From positions 2,240,001 to 2,304,000 of the forward strand of contig OZ246001.1 of the NCBI GenBank assembly GCA_965230295.1: a stretch of DNA of 64,000 nucleotides, written 5' to 3'. This stretch comes from Marinicella sp. (GTDB taxonomy: Bacteria > Pseudomonadota > Gammaproteobacteria > Xanthomonadales > Marinicellaceae). Below the pieces are notes generated by a model. The model did no database searches. It was not told where the DNA came from and saw only the letters and a list, made by a program, of their open reading frames with translations. The position numbers were made by a program, and so were the translations under genes. Below, piece by piece: positions 29,606 through 38,896 of this stretch. The first letter of the stretch is position 1. Every line of letters starts with the position of its first letter.

Positions 29606-30631
29606 TCAATAGTCCCCATACTTGGCTTTATAAATCTTCAACGGTAAGGGAAAGTCCTGTTCGGTGATGAACGCTGCCCGCAGTTCTGGAGACAGGTGGC
29701 CATTGATGGTGTCGAACAGTTTAAACATGTCGGTTTCTTCACTGTGCAGCAGCTTGTATTTATCAGCCTGGTCCTCATCGATGTAAGCATGGGCTTCCAA
29801 ATAATTGATAAAGGCTTCGGCAGCGGAGGTAAAGGGCACCACCAACAAGCCATAGGATTCTTCATAAAAGTGTTCTGAATCGATGTCATTGGCTTTGCGA
29901 TAATGCTCCAGTGCCGCATCTTGCCAATGGTATAAGTCATCTTCCTTTAGTTGGATAAAAGCTTCTCTGAGGTTTTTGTCATTGGTTTTGAAGCTGGCTT
30001 CATCATTGGTACCCATGAATTCTTCGAAACTGATGCCACCTTTTCGGGTTCGCCATGCCATGTCTTTTTTATACGCGGCTTCGAAAAAAGCCCTGAAGTT
30101 TTCTTCATTGATGGCGACAAATTCTTTGTCAGATTGGTTTTTCAGTTCGGTGATTTGTTGAAATATATCATTGACAGTGAGTGATGGGTCCATGATTTTC
30201 TGGCAGTCTTCAGGTGCATCAATGGCTGCGCCCATGGGCGCATTGGACACGGTGTATTCAGTGCCGTCAACTTCATTCAATACAATGTCCACCCACGCAC
30301 CGGCAATGGGGTGTTGGTAGACCACAGCACATATGGGCCCTTGGTGCATGGACACCAGTTGTGTGCCTTCCATCTCTCTGATCAGGTAGGCATCACCCGC
30401 CACAAAACCCAGTGATTTCAGTTCATCAATGTACTGTTGTGGCTGTTTGTTTTGGATCCATTCAGGGTTGATGTCTTTATTCAAATGAATGATCAATGGC
30501 TCAGGATTGGTATTGGCATGCAAGAATTTGCCAAACTTGATGCGGATGAACAGATAAAACAGGATGATGAGGACTAAAATGGCCACCACAATGCCGCCTA
30601 TGATTTGCAAAAATAACATCTCGAGCTCCAA
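29606..30631 (-). CDS. Hypothetical protein with N-terminal TM anchor
   Basis: 341-aa ORF, hydrophobic N-terminus, acidic remainder; no motif recognised. Confidence 0.7.
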   Translation of the reverse strand: MELEMLFLQIIGGIVVAILVLIILFYLFIRIKFGKFLHANTNPEPLIIHLNKDINPEWIQNKQPQQYIDELKSLGFVAGDAYLIREMEGTQLVSMHQGPICAVVYQHPIAGAWVDIVLNEVDGTEYTVSNAPMGAAIDAPEDCQKIMDPSLTVNDIFQQITELKNQSDKEFVAINEENFRAFFEAAYKKDMAWRTRKGGISFEEFMGTNDEASFKTNDKNLREAFIQLKEDDLYHWQDAALEHYRKANDIDSEHFYEESYGLLVVPFTSAAEAFINYLEAHAYIDEDQADKYKLLHSEETDMFKLFDTINGHLSPELRAAFITEQDFPLPLKIYKAKYGDY

Positions 30632-30736
30632 TATGGGTTCACAAATAATTTGATGCGCTTGAGGTCATTATAAAGCAAGTTAAGACAGTCGATCGATGAC
30701 TGTCATCGATATCAACGCCAAAACAATGGCAGAATT

Positions 30737-31402
30737 TCAGTTCAATGGCAAATGTCCAGTTTTAACCCAGATGATGGTTTCCTGATCAACAAAGGGATGG
30801 TGATTACTGAGGTGGGGGCTGCGTATCCAGGTGCCTTTGGGGTAGCTGCCGTATTCGTCTTTGAAGGTGCCTGAGAGCACGAATATTTCTTCACCACCAA
30901 AGTGCGAGTGTGGTTGAAACAATTCTCCGGCTGGCCATTTAACCAAAGCCGTGTTTTCGGTGCCGTGGTTATGTAGTGGCATGACCTCAAGCCCCCCAAT
31001 CCCAGGTTGCCAATGGGTCTTTAGGGTGTTGATGCGAATTGGTTGTTGATCAGTGGATTGAAATTGACAGAGCTTGACCAGCAGCACACAACCGTGCTTG
31101 CTGTAAGGCGCGTGTGATGTGCCATCAGGGTTTCTCAGATAAGTGCCCGTTGGGTAATCGCCATGTTCATCAGAAAAGACGCCATCAAGCACCAAAATTT
31201 CTTCACCTTTGGGGTGGCGATGGGTTTTAAACATGGCGCCAGGTTCGTATTTCACCACACTGGTGGCATGGCCATGTTCAGCACCAGCACGAGCCAGGCG
31301 CTTTCTGAACACCGAGGGTGATGGACTGGCTGACCAGTCCATCTTTTCAGTCTCAATCACCACCCTTTGGGTGAAGTCCATGTTGAGGTTTGTTTCATTC
31401 AT
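30737..31402 (-). CDS. ChrR-like tandem cupin protein
   Basis: Two cupin repeats (HRHPKGEEILVL; HSHFGGEEIFVL); start moved to 31402. Confidence 0.88.
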   Translation of the reverse strand: MNETNLNMDFTQRVVIETEKMDWSASPSPSVFRKRLARAGAEHGHATSVVKYEPGAMFKTHRHPKGEEILVLDGVFSDEHGDYPTGTYLRNPDGTSHAPYSKHGCVLLVKLCQFQSTDQQPIRINTLKTHWQPGIGGLEVMPLHNHGTENTALVKWPAGELFQPHSHFGGEEIFVLSGTFKDEYGSYPKGTWIRSPHLSNHHPFVDQETIIWVKTGHLPLN

Positions 31403-31416
31403 CAAATATCTCGCGT

Positions 31417-32181
31417 TCAATTCCTGCCAGCCATGACACCGCCATCGACGTCCCATATGGCGCCGGTGACCCAATCGGCCTGGTCGGACAATAAAAATGT
31501 GATGGTTTGGGCCACGTCATTGGGTGTACCAATTCTACCAATGGGATGGAATGAATCAAAGCCTGACAAGGTCTCATCGACTTGATCAGCATCGATGAAG
31601 GCCTCGTAAATCGGGGTTTTGACCACGGCCGGGGCCACGGCGTTGACACGAATGTGATCGCTGCCCAGCTCCATCGCTAAATGCTGGGTCAAGGCATGCA
31701 GTCCGGCCTTGGCCATCGAATAAGCGGATGATGGGGTGGCCTTGATGGCTTGTTTGGCCCACATCGAACCGATGTTCACAATGCTGCCATGTTGTTGCTG
31801 TTGCATGTTTTTTACCACCGCTTGGGTGATCAGAAAGGTGGCCCTGTTGAGCCCTGCATAGCGGTCGTATTCGGCACCCGTATGATCGATAAAGGCATTG
31901 GGGCTGAAAGTACCAGCGGCATTCACCAGGTAGTTATATTGGTGTTCGGACAGTTGTGCCACAAAGGCATCAACAGCTTGGGCTTCTAACAGGTTAACAG
32001 CATGGGTATTGATGGTCCCCAATTGTGAAAGTTGATTCTGTACAGCCGCCAGCTTTTCAGGGTTGTTGCCCACGATGTCGACCGCAACACCTCGCTGCAA
32101 CAGTTGTTTTGCGGTGGCCAATCCCATGCCGCTGGAACCGCCGACGATCAGCGCTCTACTTTGGGGTTTGAAATGGTTCAT
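31417..32181 (-). CDS. SDR-family oxidoreductase
   Basis: GGSSGMG, VNAAG, YSMAK, VNAVAP; start estimated. Confidence 0.92.
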   Translation of the reverse strand: MNHFKPQSRALIVGGSSGMGLATAKQLLQRGVAVDIVGNNPEKLAAVQNQLSQLGTINTHAVNLLEAQAVDAFVAQLSEHQYNYLVNAAGTFSPNAFIDHTGAEYDRYAGLNRATFLITQAVVKNMQQQQHGSIVNIGSMWAKQAIKATPSSAYSMAKAGLHALTQHLAMELGSDHIRVNAVAPAVVKTPIYEAFIDADQVDETLSGFDSFHPIGRIGTPNDVAQTITFLLSDQADWVTGAIWDVDGGVMAGRN

Positions 32182-32284
32182 TCTAGGTCTCATGTTGTTT
32201 AAGTGAGGTGTCATGATATGATGTGGAAACCTCAAAAAAAAGTAAGTACAAAATGGTGGGATAGGTACCTACCGGTGTAAATTC

Positions 32285-32635
32285 ATGAATTCAAAAGATA
32301 AAAAATTTTCAAGAAAAACAGCGCCTGAGGATGGTGCAAGAATGGTTGAGACCATATTTGGTTGTAAGTGGTCATTGACGGTCTATCAATTGTTGGCCAA
32401 CGGCATCAACCGACCCGGAGCAATGGTGCGTTCGGTCGATGGATTAAGTACTAAGGTTTTGAATGAGTGCTTGCGGAGAAATTTACAATTTGGGATATTG
32501 GAGAAAATCAACTACCCAGAGATCCCACCTCGGGTTGAATACCATGTCACTGACCTGGGTGCGCATTTCATCGAGACGATTGACAAGATCCAACAACTGC
32601 AAGTTTTGATTGATGCAGAACAGCGGGATTCATAG
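32285..32635 (+). CDS. HxlR-family winged-helix regulator
   Basis: GCKWSL, GLSTKVL, YPEIPPRVEY; divergent from the SDR gene. Confidence 0.9.
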   Translation: MNSKDKKFSRKTAPEDGARMVETIFGCKWSLTVYQLLANGINRPGAMVRSVDGLSTKVLNECLRRNLQFGILEKINYPEIPPRVEYHVTDLGAHFIETIDKIQQLQVLIDAEQRDS

Positions 32636-32672
32636 CAATTAAGTCACCATAAATTCAGGTTCGCTTCATAAG

Positions 32673-33096
32673 GAATGTTCTTGGAGCTTCATTCTGGTTC
32701 ATGGTCTGACAGGTCTTCATATTTGCTGCGCAAATAAACCGACCTTTACAGACTATTGTCTGAGCAGTTGCTTCGCACTGCATGTCTGTTTCTGACAAAG
32801 ATGAAAGCGACCACGTCGAACATGACATACTACTTCGCACGAATAACGCCATTCACATAAGGCTTCTTGACTTCGTCAAATCGCCATATGCTCATTGGCT
32901 ATTCTCTTCGCCTCTGATTGGCCTACATGGATGTAGGTCTGCCGCGATAGCAAGGAGCGATAGCGGCCGCAACATCAAAAGCTCACGGCTAATCAATCAT
33001 TTCATCAAGGCTTCTTTGCTTTGCAAAATCGCCATGATTGCATGATTTGCCTAACCGGCTCGGCGGGTCAAGCTGCTCAGCAGCTTTCCACTGGAT
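32673..33096. ncRNA. Unidentified structured non-coding element, long copy (candidate ncRNA or ssDNA element)
   Basis: Four blocks shared with 50360-50535; compensatory changes; nested hairpin arms. The repeat is certain, but RNA status is unproven. Confidence 0.5.
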
Positions 33097-33192
33097 CACT
33101 GATAATCTTTCCGTAACTCAACAGCAACGAATTCTTAATGATGACTCAATTAAGATTCATTGCTTTTTGATTAACCCACTTGAGGAAAGAAC

Positions 33193-34086
33193 ATGAGTTC
33201 GATAAAAACAATTTGCCTGCTGATCTTGCTTGGTACCGTACCGACATCGTGGGCCGTGACTGAGGCCCAAAAAATAACCATCCGTGATGCATTGAAAAGC
33301 AAGGATTGGGACACGGCCTTAGATTTGGCGGAAGATTTGGTTGATGATCACCCCACCAGTTCTGTGGCGCATTATTTATTGGCCAGTGCGATACGAATCA
33401 AAATGCAAGAAGTCAGCCAAGTGCGGGCCATGTTCTCTTTGGGCGATTACAAAGAAGCTTTGGCGAAGAGTATTGAGTTGGATCCCCAAAACATCGATGC
33501 CAGGACTGAAGAAATTGGATTTTATTTGTTTGCTCCAGGTGTGGCAGGCGGAGACAAGGATTTTGCTGCTGAACGCATCATTGAGCTGAAGACTGTAAAC
33601 CTTTTTAGTGGCTTACAAATGGAAGCCCAATTGGCTGCCGTTAATGAAGACACAGATAAGCGATTACAACTGCTGCAACAAATGGTTGAGCTTGAACCGG
33701 GAAACCCACAAGCTTTGATGCAGCTGGGCGGGTTAATGGTTCAATTGAAACGGTTTGAACAGGCTGAGGATTCGTTCATCAAAATCACTGGGGAAGAAGA
33801 CCCGACATGGCCGTTGGCGGCACAGTACCAACGAGCCAAGTGGCGTATTTTGGCTAAGCAAGAATCTGATCTGGCGATTGAATTGTTGCGCAGTTATCAA
33901 CAACAATTACCCAATATTGAAAGTGAGGTCAACTTACCATCTTTGGCTGCGGCTTTGTGGCGAGAAGCCTTGGCATTTGAAAACAAAGGCGATGAAAAAA
34001 GTGCCATTGCATTGCTGAAAAAGAGTTTATCAGCGGATGGTGAATTTGAACCTGCAGAAGATGATTTGGACCGCTTGACTGACTAG
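33193..34086 (+). CDS. Exported TPR-repeat protein
   Basis: GAGGA RBS, signal peptide, TPR-like helices (AHYLLA, KSIELDPQN, MVELEPGN). Confidence 0.8.
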   Translation: MSSIKTICLLILLGTVPTSWAVTEAQKITIRDALKSKDWDTALDLAEDLVDDHPTSSVAHYLLASAIRIKMQEVSQVRAMFSLGDYKEALAKSIELDPQNIDARTEEIGFYLFAPGVAGGDKDFAAERIIELKTVNLFSGLQMEAQLAAVNEDTDKRLQLLQQMVELEPGNPQALMQLGGLMVQLKRFEQAEDSFIKITGEEDPTWPLAAQYQRAKWRILAKQESDLAIELLRSYQQQLPNIESEVNLPSLAAALWREALAFENKGDEKSAIALLKKSLSADGEFEPAEDDLDRLTD

Positions 34087-34105
34087 GGCCTGTTAACAGA
34101 TCCTA
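34084..34105. mobile_element. Collapsed MITE relic (fused terminal inverted repeats)
   Basis: TA-GGGCCTGTTAACA-GATCC-TA; the first 15 nt are identical to 43771-43785. Confidence 0.7.
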
Positions 34106-35350
34106 GCTAAGCAGATCGATTTGTTGTTGAATAAAACCACGTTCTTGTCGGTTTTTCGATAAAGCCATGGCATGAGAAAAATAATTCACTGCGGCTTGAG
34201 GTTCGGCGCGTAATTTTGAAATCTGTGCGTGGGCCAGGTAAAAGGGTAGGTAATTTTTCAATGACTTTTGATCGATGGATTGCAACAAATGCCAGGCCGT
34301 TTCAATTTGACCGGCATAGGACATCGCCACAGCCTGATTGATTTTTACAGTGGCCGTAGGCACATATTGCATCAATTTTTCATACAAGGCCACAATCTGT
34401 GGCCAGTCAGTCTCATTCCAGGTTTTGGCTAAGCTGTGCACGCCACTGATGGCGGCTTGAATCTGGTAAGGGCCCATACACTTAAGGTCCATGGCTTGTT
34501 TAAACAATTCATTGCCTTTTTCTATCATTTCAGTTTGCCACAGCGTCCTGTCCTGATGTTCTAAACTGATGAATTGTTCGGTGCTTTTGGCGCGGGCTTT
34601 CAGTCTGGATTGATGGAAGTGCATCAAGGCCATCAAGCCCAAAACTTCAGCTTGGTCAGGCATCAATGCATTCAAAGTGTTGGCCAGGTAAAAGGCCTCA
34701 TCGGTGTGCTCCAGATTAAACAATTCATTGTACTCGCCGGTATAGTAGCCGGCATTGTAAATCAAATAAATGACAGCCAGAACGTGATCTAATCTTGTAG
34801 GTAATTGCTCTGTATCAGGCACTTGGTAAGGAATGGCTGAGTGTTTTATTTTTCGCTTTGCGCGAACCAATCTTTGGGCCATGGTGGCCGTGTTAAGTAC
34901 AAATGATTCAGCGACTTGTTCAGCCGTAAAGCCACAAACGGTATTTAAGGTTAATGCCACTTGGGTGTTGTCATCCAGAGCGGGGTGACAACAACTGAAT
35001 ATCAATCGCAGTCGTTCGTCCGGAATACCTGAATCATCCATCTCAACAGTCATGTCATGTTGTAATTCATGTAGCTGGGCTATGAGGGTTTGTTTGCTGT
35101 TGAAGTTTTGTTGTCTGCGCAGGTTGTCTATGGCTTGGTTATAGGCTGTTTTTAGCAGCCAGCTTTTGGGGTTTTCCGGTATTGTGGATTCTGGCCACAG
35201 CGCCCAGGCTTTGATAAAAGCTTCTTGTAGTACATCTTCAGCCAGTTCGATGTCTTTGATTTGTTTGATCAGGATGGCCAGTAGCTGGGCCCGCTCATGG
35301 CGCATCAAATGATTCAGCGTGTTGCGCAATGAGTCGGGCTTTTTACTCAT
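34103..35350 (-). CDS. ECF sigma factor with C-terminal TPR extension (ECF42-like)
   Basis: [53 protein letters not shown]; downstream of a DGPF gene. Confidence 0.9.
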   Translation of the reverse strand: MSKKPDSLRNTLNHLMRHERAQLLAILIKQIKDIELAEDVLQEAFIKAWALWPESTIPENPKSWLLKTAYNQAIDNLRRQQNFNSKQTLIAQLHELQHDMTVEMDDSGIPDERLRLIFSCCHPALDDNTQVALTLNTVCGFTAEQVAESFVLNTATMAQRLVRAKRKIKHSAIPYQVPDTEQLPTRLDHVLAVIYLIYNAGYYTGEYNELFNLEHTDEAFYLANTLNALMPDQAEVLGLMALMHFHQSRLKARAKSTEQFISLEHQDRTLWQTEMIEKGNELFKQAMDLKCMGPYQIQAAISGVHSLAKTWNETDWPQIVALYEKLMQYVPTATVKINQAVAMSYAGQIETAWHLLQSIDQKSLKNYLPFYLAHAQISKLRAEPQAAVNYFSHAMALSKNRQERGFIQQQIDLLS

Positions 35351-35355
35351 AGGGT

Positions 35356-35709
35356 TTAGGATGGTATGTGCATGATGGGACGAATTTCGACACGGCCATA
35401 CGCGGCTGAGGGTATTTTGGCTGCATAGTGAATGGCTTCGTCCAGATCTTTACAGTCCAATAAATAATAGCCTCCCAGTGCCTCTTTGGTTTCGGCAAAT
35501 GGTCCATCTGTGATGTGGCTTTTTCCAGACCTCACTTTAACGGTTGTGGCCATGGTAATGGATTCCAAAGCTTCACCGCCCAACATCACGCCATTGGCTT
35601 CAACTTCTTCGGTAAACTTCTGGTATTCGCCGATCATTTGCATGAACTCATCGGTACCTGGTTGTGGTCCGGCATCTTCTGCGCTGTATATCATCAGTAA
35701 ATATTGCAT
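35356..35709 (-). CDS. YciI/DGPF-family protein
   Basis: [16 protein letters not shown]. Confidence 0.92.
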   Translation of the reverse strand: MQYLLMIYSAEDAGPQPGTDEFMQMIGEYQKFTEEVEANGVMLGGEALESITMATTVKVRSGKSHITDGPFAETKEALGGYYLLDCKDLDEAIHYAAKIPSAAYGRVEIRPIMHIPS

Positions 35710-35908
35710 GTTTTGACTCCTGTAAATGGTTAATTATTTTATGCGAAAGGAGAATTTAATACACCTCCTTGTTCAATAGGACGAAAATGCAGTCTTGAAA
35801 TAGACATCATTCATTAAATTATTGACAAAAGGGATGTTTGTGTGTCTAAATGTAACCTTAGGGTATCATTATGATAATTATAGGTAACTAATGTAAACAG
35901 GAATAAAA

Positions 35909-36388
35909 ATGAATAGAACACAAAATTGTGCAGAAGCCATGGATTTAATGAACACCAGAATAGCAATAGGTTTACTGATTGCCTCTTTTGCGTATGCATT
36001 GGATTCCGCATCCATGTTAGTACCGGGTGGCGATCAATCGTTGTTGGGCTGGATAAGTTTCGCAGTAAGCATCGTGTCTGTGTTATGGATATTTCGTGCC
36101 ATAGGACCCAGTTTATGGAAAAAACTTAAAAACCGATCATTATCACACCAGGAGCCAGAAAGTTTCATCACAGAAGCTTTTCACCAAGCCATCATTAAAT
36201 CGTGGATCATTACGGTCATTGCATTAATGGTCTTAAAATCGCTTGAACGAGTGGTCATTAAATGGGCATTACCGGTGGATTTTTATTTCAAAACATTGAT
36301 CTTTGTTATGCTTTTTTCAGCCAGTCTGATTTTTCTGATCTCAACTTATGTAAGAGATGGTGTAGACCAAAATGAGGAATTGGGTTAA
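35909..36388 (+). CDS. Membrane protein (about 4 TM), coupled to an XRE regulator
   Basis: Hydrophobic segments; TAATG overlap with the next gene; start uncertain. Confidence 0.65.
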   Translation: MNRTQNCAEAMDLMNTRIAIGLLIASFAYALDSASMLVPGGDQSLLGWISFAVSIVSVLWIFRAIGPSLWKKLKNRSLSHQEPESFITEAFHQAIIKSWIITVIALMVLKSLERVVIKWALPVDFYFKTLIFVMLFSASLIFLISTYVRDGVDQNEELG

Positions 36389-36615
36389 TGGGAGGCCAAT
36401 TGAATAATCGAATCAGGGTATTCCGTGCAGAGCACCGCATCAGCCAAAGCGAATTGGCTGCGGCCATCGGCGTATCCAGAAAAACCATCAGCACCATTGA
36501 AGTGGGCCGTTTTGTGCCATCGACTGTGATTGCTTTGAAGTTAGCTCAATTTTTTAATACCTCAGTTGAAGACATGTTCAGTTTACCCAACAACGAATCA
36601 GGAAGAAGTTCATGA
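36388..36615 (+). CDS. XRE/Cro-family HTH regulator
   Basis: SQSELAAAIGVSRKTISTIE.GRFVPS. Confidence 0.92.
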   Translation: MGGQLNNRIRVFRAEHRISQSELAAAIGVSRKTISTIEVGRFVPSTVIALKLAQFFNTSVEDMFSLPNNESGRSS

Positions 36616-37553
36616 AAGCCATTGTGTGTAAAAGGTACGGCAGCGCGGATGTGCTTCAAGTGCGGGACTTGCCAGAACCCAAACCCAGAACCAACCAAGT
36701 ATTGATCCAAGTGAAGGCCTGTTCGGTTAATCCGGTGGACTGGAAAATCCGCAGTGGTGCATTGATCATCAAAACTGGCTTGAAACCACCGAAAATTCTG
36801 GGGTCGGATTTCGCTGGAGTGATCAAGCCAACTGGTTCACAAGTGAACGAATACCGGGTGGGTGATGAAGTTTGGGGTAAATTTGATTCATTCAAAGGAG
36901 GGGCCTATGCACAAATGGTGGTGGCCAACAGTAAAAACATCAGTAAAAAACCCAAAAATCTGGACTTTTTCCAAGCGGCCTCCATGCCCAATGTGGCTTT
37001 AACGGCTTTGCAGGCTATGATCAACAAGGGCCATTTACACAAAGGTCAGCATGTGATGGTCAATGGGGCATCGGGTGGAGTGGGTCAGATGGCCGTGCAA
37101 ATTGCCAAAGCCATGGATTGTCATGTCACTGCTGTGTGCAGTGGAAAAAACAAAGCATTGGTTGAATCATTGGGTGCCGATACTGTGCTGGATTACCAAA
37201 CTCAAGACATATTGCGCCATCAGCAAACTTACGATGTTTTTTTTGACTGTGTGGCCAATCAATCATATCTTAAAGTCAGGAAAACATTGAAAACAGGTGG
37301 AGTTCATGTCAAAACCACACCAGACTTGTTCAGCATGCTGGGTTTGTTGTTGCGGCCATTCATCAGTAAAGTACCGGACCACATCATGGTCAAGCCCAGC
37401 CATCAGGATTTGCTGCGATTAAAGGAATGGGTTGAGTCGGAACAACTGAAACCGATGATTGAGCAGGTGTTTCCAATGGAAGACGTGGCAGCAGCTCACC
37501 AATTGAGTCAAGCTGGTCGCGTGGTTGGTAAACTGATATTGGACTTATCGTAA
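36612..37553 (+). CDS. NAD(P)-dependent MDR (quinone oxidoreductase-like)
   Basis: SVNPVDWK, GSDFAG, NGASGGVG, GKLIL. Confidence 0.9.
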   Translation: MKAIVCKRYGSADVLQVRDLPEPKPRTNQVLIQVKACSVNPVDWKIRSGALIIKTGLKPPKILGSDFAGVIKPTGSQVNEYRVGDEVWGKFDSFKGGAYAQMVVANSKNISKKPKNLDFFQAASMPNVALTALQAMINKGHLHKGQHVMVNGASGGVGQMAVQIAKAMDCHVTAVCSGKNKALVESLGADTVLDYQTQDILRHQQTYDVFFDCVANQSYLKVRKTLKTGGVHVKTTPDLFSMLGLLLRPFISKVPDHIMVKPSHQDLLRLKEWVESEQLKPMIEQVFPMEDVAAAHQLSQAGRVVGKLILDLS

Positions 37554-37558
37554 AGGGA

Positions 37559-38017
37559 TTAAACCAACTGGTCCAATGCGTCATGGACACGGTTCATGAT
37601 CGCCAGGTTGTTTTGAATTTCTTCTTCACTCAGCACCGAAGTCATGGTTTGTACCATCTCAATCTGCACCGCCATGGACTCGCTCAATTTCAGTTGGCCA
37701 TCTGGAGTTAGGTACAACAAATGTGCTCGGCCATCGATGTCACTTTTGCGTCGATCAATCAGGCCTTTGGTCAACATTTTTTTCAACAAAGCTGAAATGT
37801 TACTTTTGACCACCAACAAATGATCGCTGAGTTGTTGTTGTGTCATGCCGGGTCGGTGGTTGATGTTCATGAGGATGTCATGTTGAGCGGCGGTTAAATC
37901 CAATGCATTCAACTTTTGATTCATGACTTTTTGACATTTGAGGTAGCAGCGAACCACTGACAGCCAAGAAGCATGGGCTTGAATGTCACAGGGTCTGATG
38001 GCTTGGTTTTGTTTCAT
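37559..38017 (-). CDS. MarR-family regulator
   Basis: LTAAQHDIL, KSNISALL, DGRAHLLYLT; start moved to 38017. Confidence 0.9.
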   Translation of the reverse strand: MKQNQAIRPCDIQAHASWLSVVRCYLKCQKVMNQKLNALDLTAAQHDILMNINHRPGMTQQQLSDHLLVVKSNISALLKKMLTKGLIDRRKSDIDGRAHLLYLTPDGQLKLSESMAVQIEMVQTMTSVLSEEEIQNNLAIMNRVHDALDQLV

Positions 38018-38088
38018 ATTCACCACAAATTCGTTGATGTAAGTTTTTATCGAAAATTGCCTGACTGTGCCAGCCAACCTAATTTTCA

Positions 38089-38120
38089 GTGAACTTTCAC
38101 AAAAAGTTCACTTGTGAACT
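38089..38120. promoter_or_regulatory. Candidate MarR operator
   Basis: Palindrome AGTTCAC-TT-GTGAACT (38105-38120) plus an extra half-site GTGAACT (38089-38095) between divergent genes. Confidence 0.55.
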
Positions 38121-38158
38121 ATATACTGTATAATGAAACCATTCAAAAGTAAAATGAA

Positions 38159-38896
38159 ATGATTGATACCATGTACCCTCCTGCAACAGGTCCTTTGAAG
38201 CCACCCAGTAAGTTCAGCACCCTCAAAGAATTGCGTGCTCCTCTGGAGTGGTTGTTTGCTTTCAGCAACCGCAGAAAGTTGACCCATGTGCCCAAAGGCA
38301 ATCAGCAATTGGTTGTTTTGGTGCCTGGTTATGGTGCCGATGAATGGTCCATGCGCCCATTAAAGAAATTCCTTAAAAGCATCAACTACCGGGTTTTCGA
38401 CTGGGGTCATGGTCGCAACCGGGGTCATGTCACGCATGACACCCACTTATTGGCAGAAACCGTACGTCAAATAAGGGCGAATCATGATCAACAAAAAGTC
38501 ACCTTGATCGGTTGGTCTTTGGGTGGTGTGTTGTCACGAGAAGTGGCCAGGATCCATCCTGACAGGGTCAGTGAGGTGATCACCATGGGTACCCCTTTGA
38601 TTGGAGGGCCTAAATATACGGTACTGGCAACAAAGTATGCCAAAACCATGGACATGGATTTGGATGCCTATGAAGCAGAAATTCATGACATCAATTCAGA
38701 AGGCATCAAACAACCCTTGACGGTGATTTACAGCAAATCAGATGGCATTGTCGGATGGCGAGCCATGGTGGATCAGTACAACAAACATGCCAATAACATT
38801 GAAGTCGATTGTTCTCATATGGGTATGGGTGTCAATGCCGAAGTGTGGCAAATCATTGCAGAAACATTAGGAGGGCGACATGATCAGTCTGCTTAA
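38159..38896 (+). CDS. Alpha/beta hydrolase (esterase/lipase-like)
   Basis: VPGYG, nucleophile GWSLGG, DGIV, SHMG. Confidence 0.9.
   Translation: MIDTMYPPATGPLKPPSKFSTLKELRAPLEWLFAFSNRRKLTHVPKGNQQLVVLVPGYGADEWSMRPLKKFLKSINYRVFDWGHGRNRGHVTHDTHLLAETVRQIRANHDQQKVTLIGWSLGGVLSREVARIHPDRVSEVITMGTPLIGGPKYTVLATKYAKTMDMDLDAYEAEIHDINSEGIKQPLTVIYSKSDGIVGWRAMVDQYNKHANNIEVDCSHMGMGVNAEVWQIIAETLGGRHDQSA

Noticed and set aside
30737-32635. Cupin-SDR-hxlR block as a horizontally acquired island
   Set aside because: It looks somewhat GC-richer by eye, but I could not quantify this and saw no att sites or mobility gene.
32655-33045. Short ORFs 32782..33045 (+) and 32655..32852 (-), and 50362..50574 (+)
   Set aside because: They overlie the structured element. 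The two + strand ORFs read shared block B in different frames, so the conservation is not at protein level.
32673-33096. Structured element as attC site, group I/II intron, hammerhead, or glycine/lysine/SAM/c-di-GMP riboswitch
   Set aside because: GCCTAAC has no matching GTTRRRY end. There is no GUGYG start or AGC-triad domain V, no partner for the CGCCGAG segment as group I P4 would need, and no CUGAUGA core. Only isolated words match the riboswitch consensus sequences.
35851-35895. Palindromes (TATCAT-T-ATGATA; GTAACC..GGTATC) as Fur or XRE operator
   Set aside because: AT-rich and a poor fit to the Fur 7-1-7 spacing; cannot be assigned.
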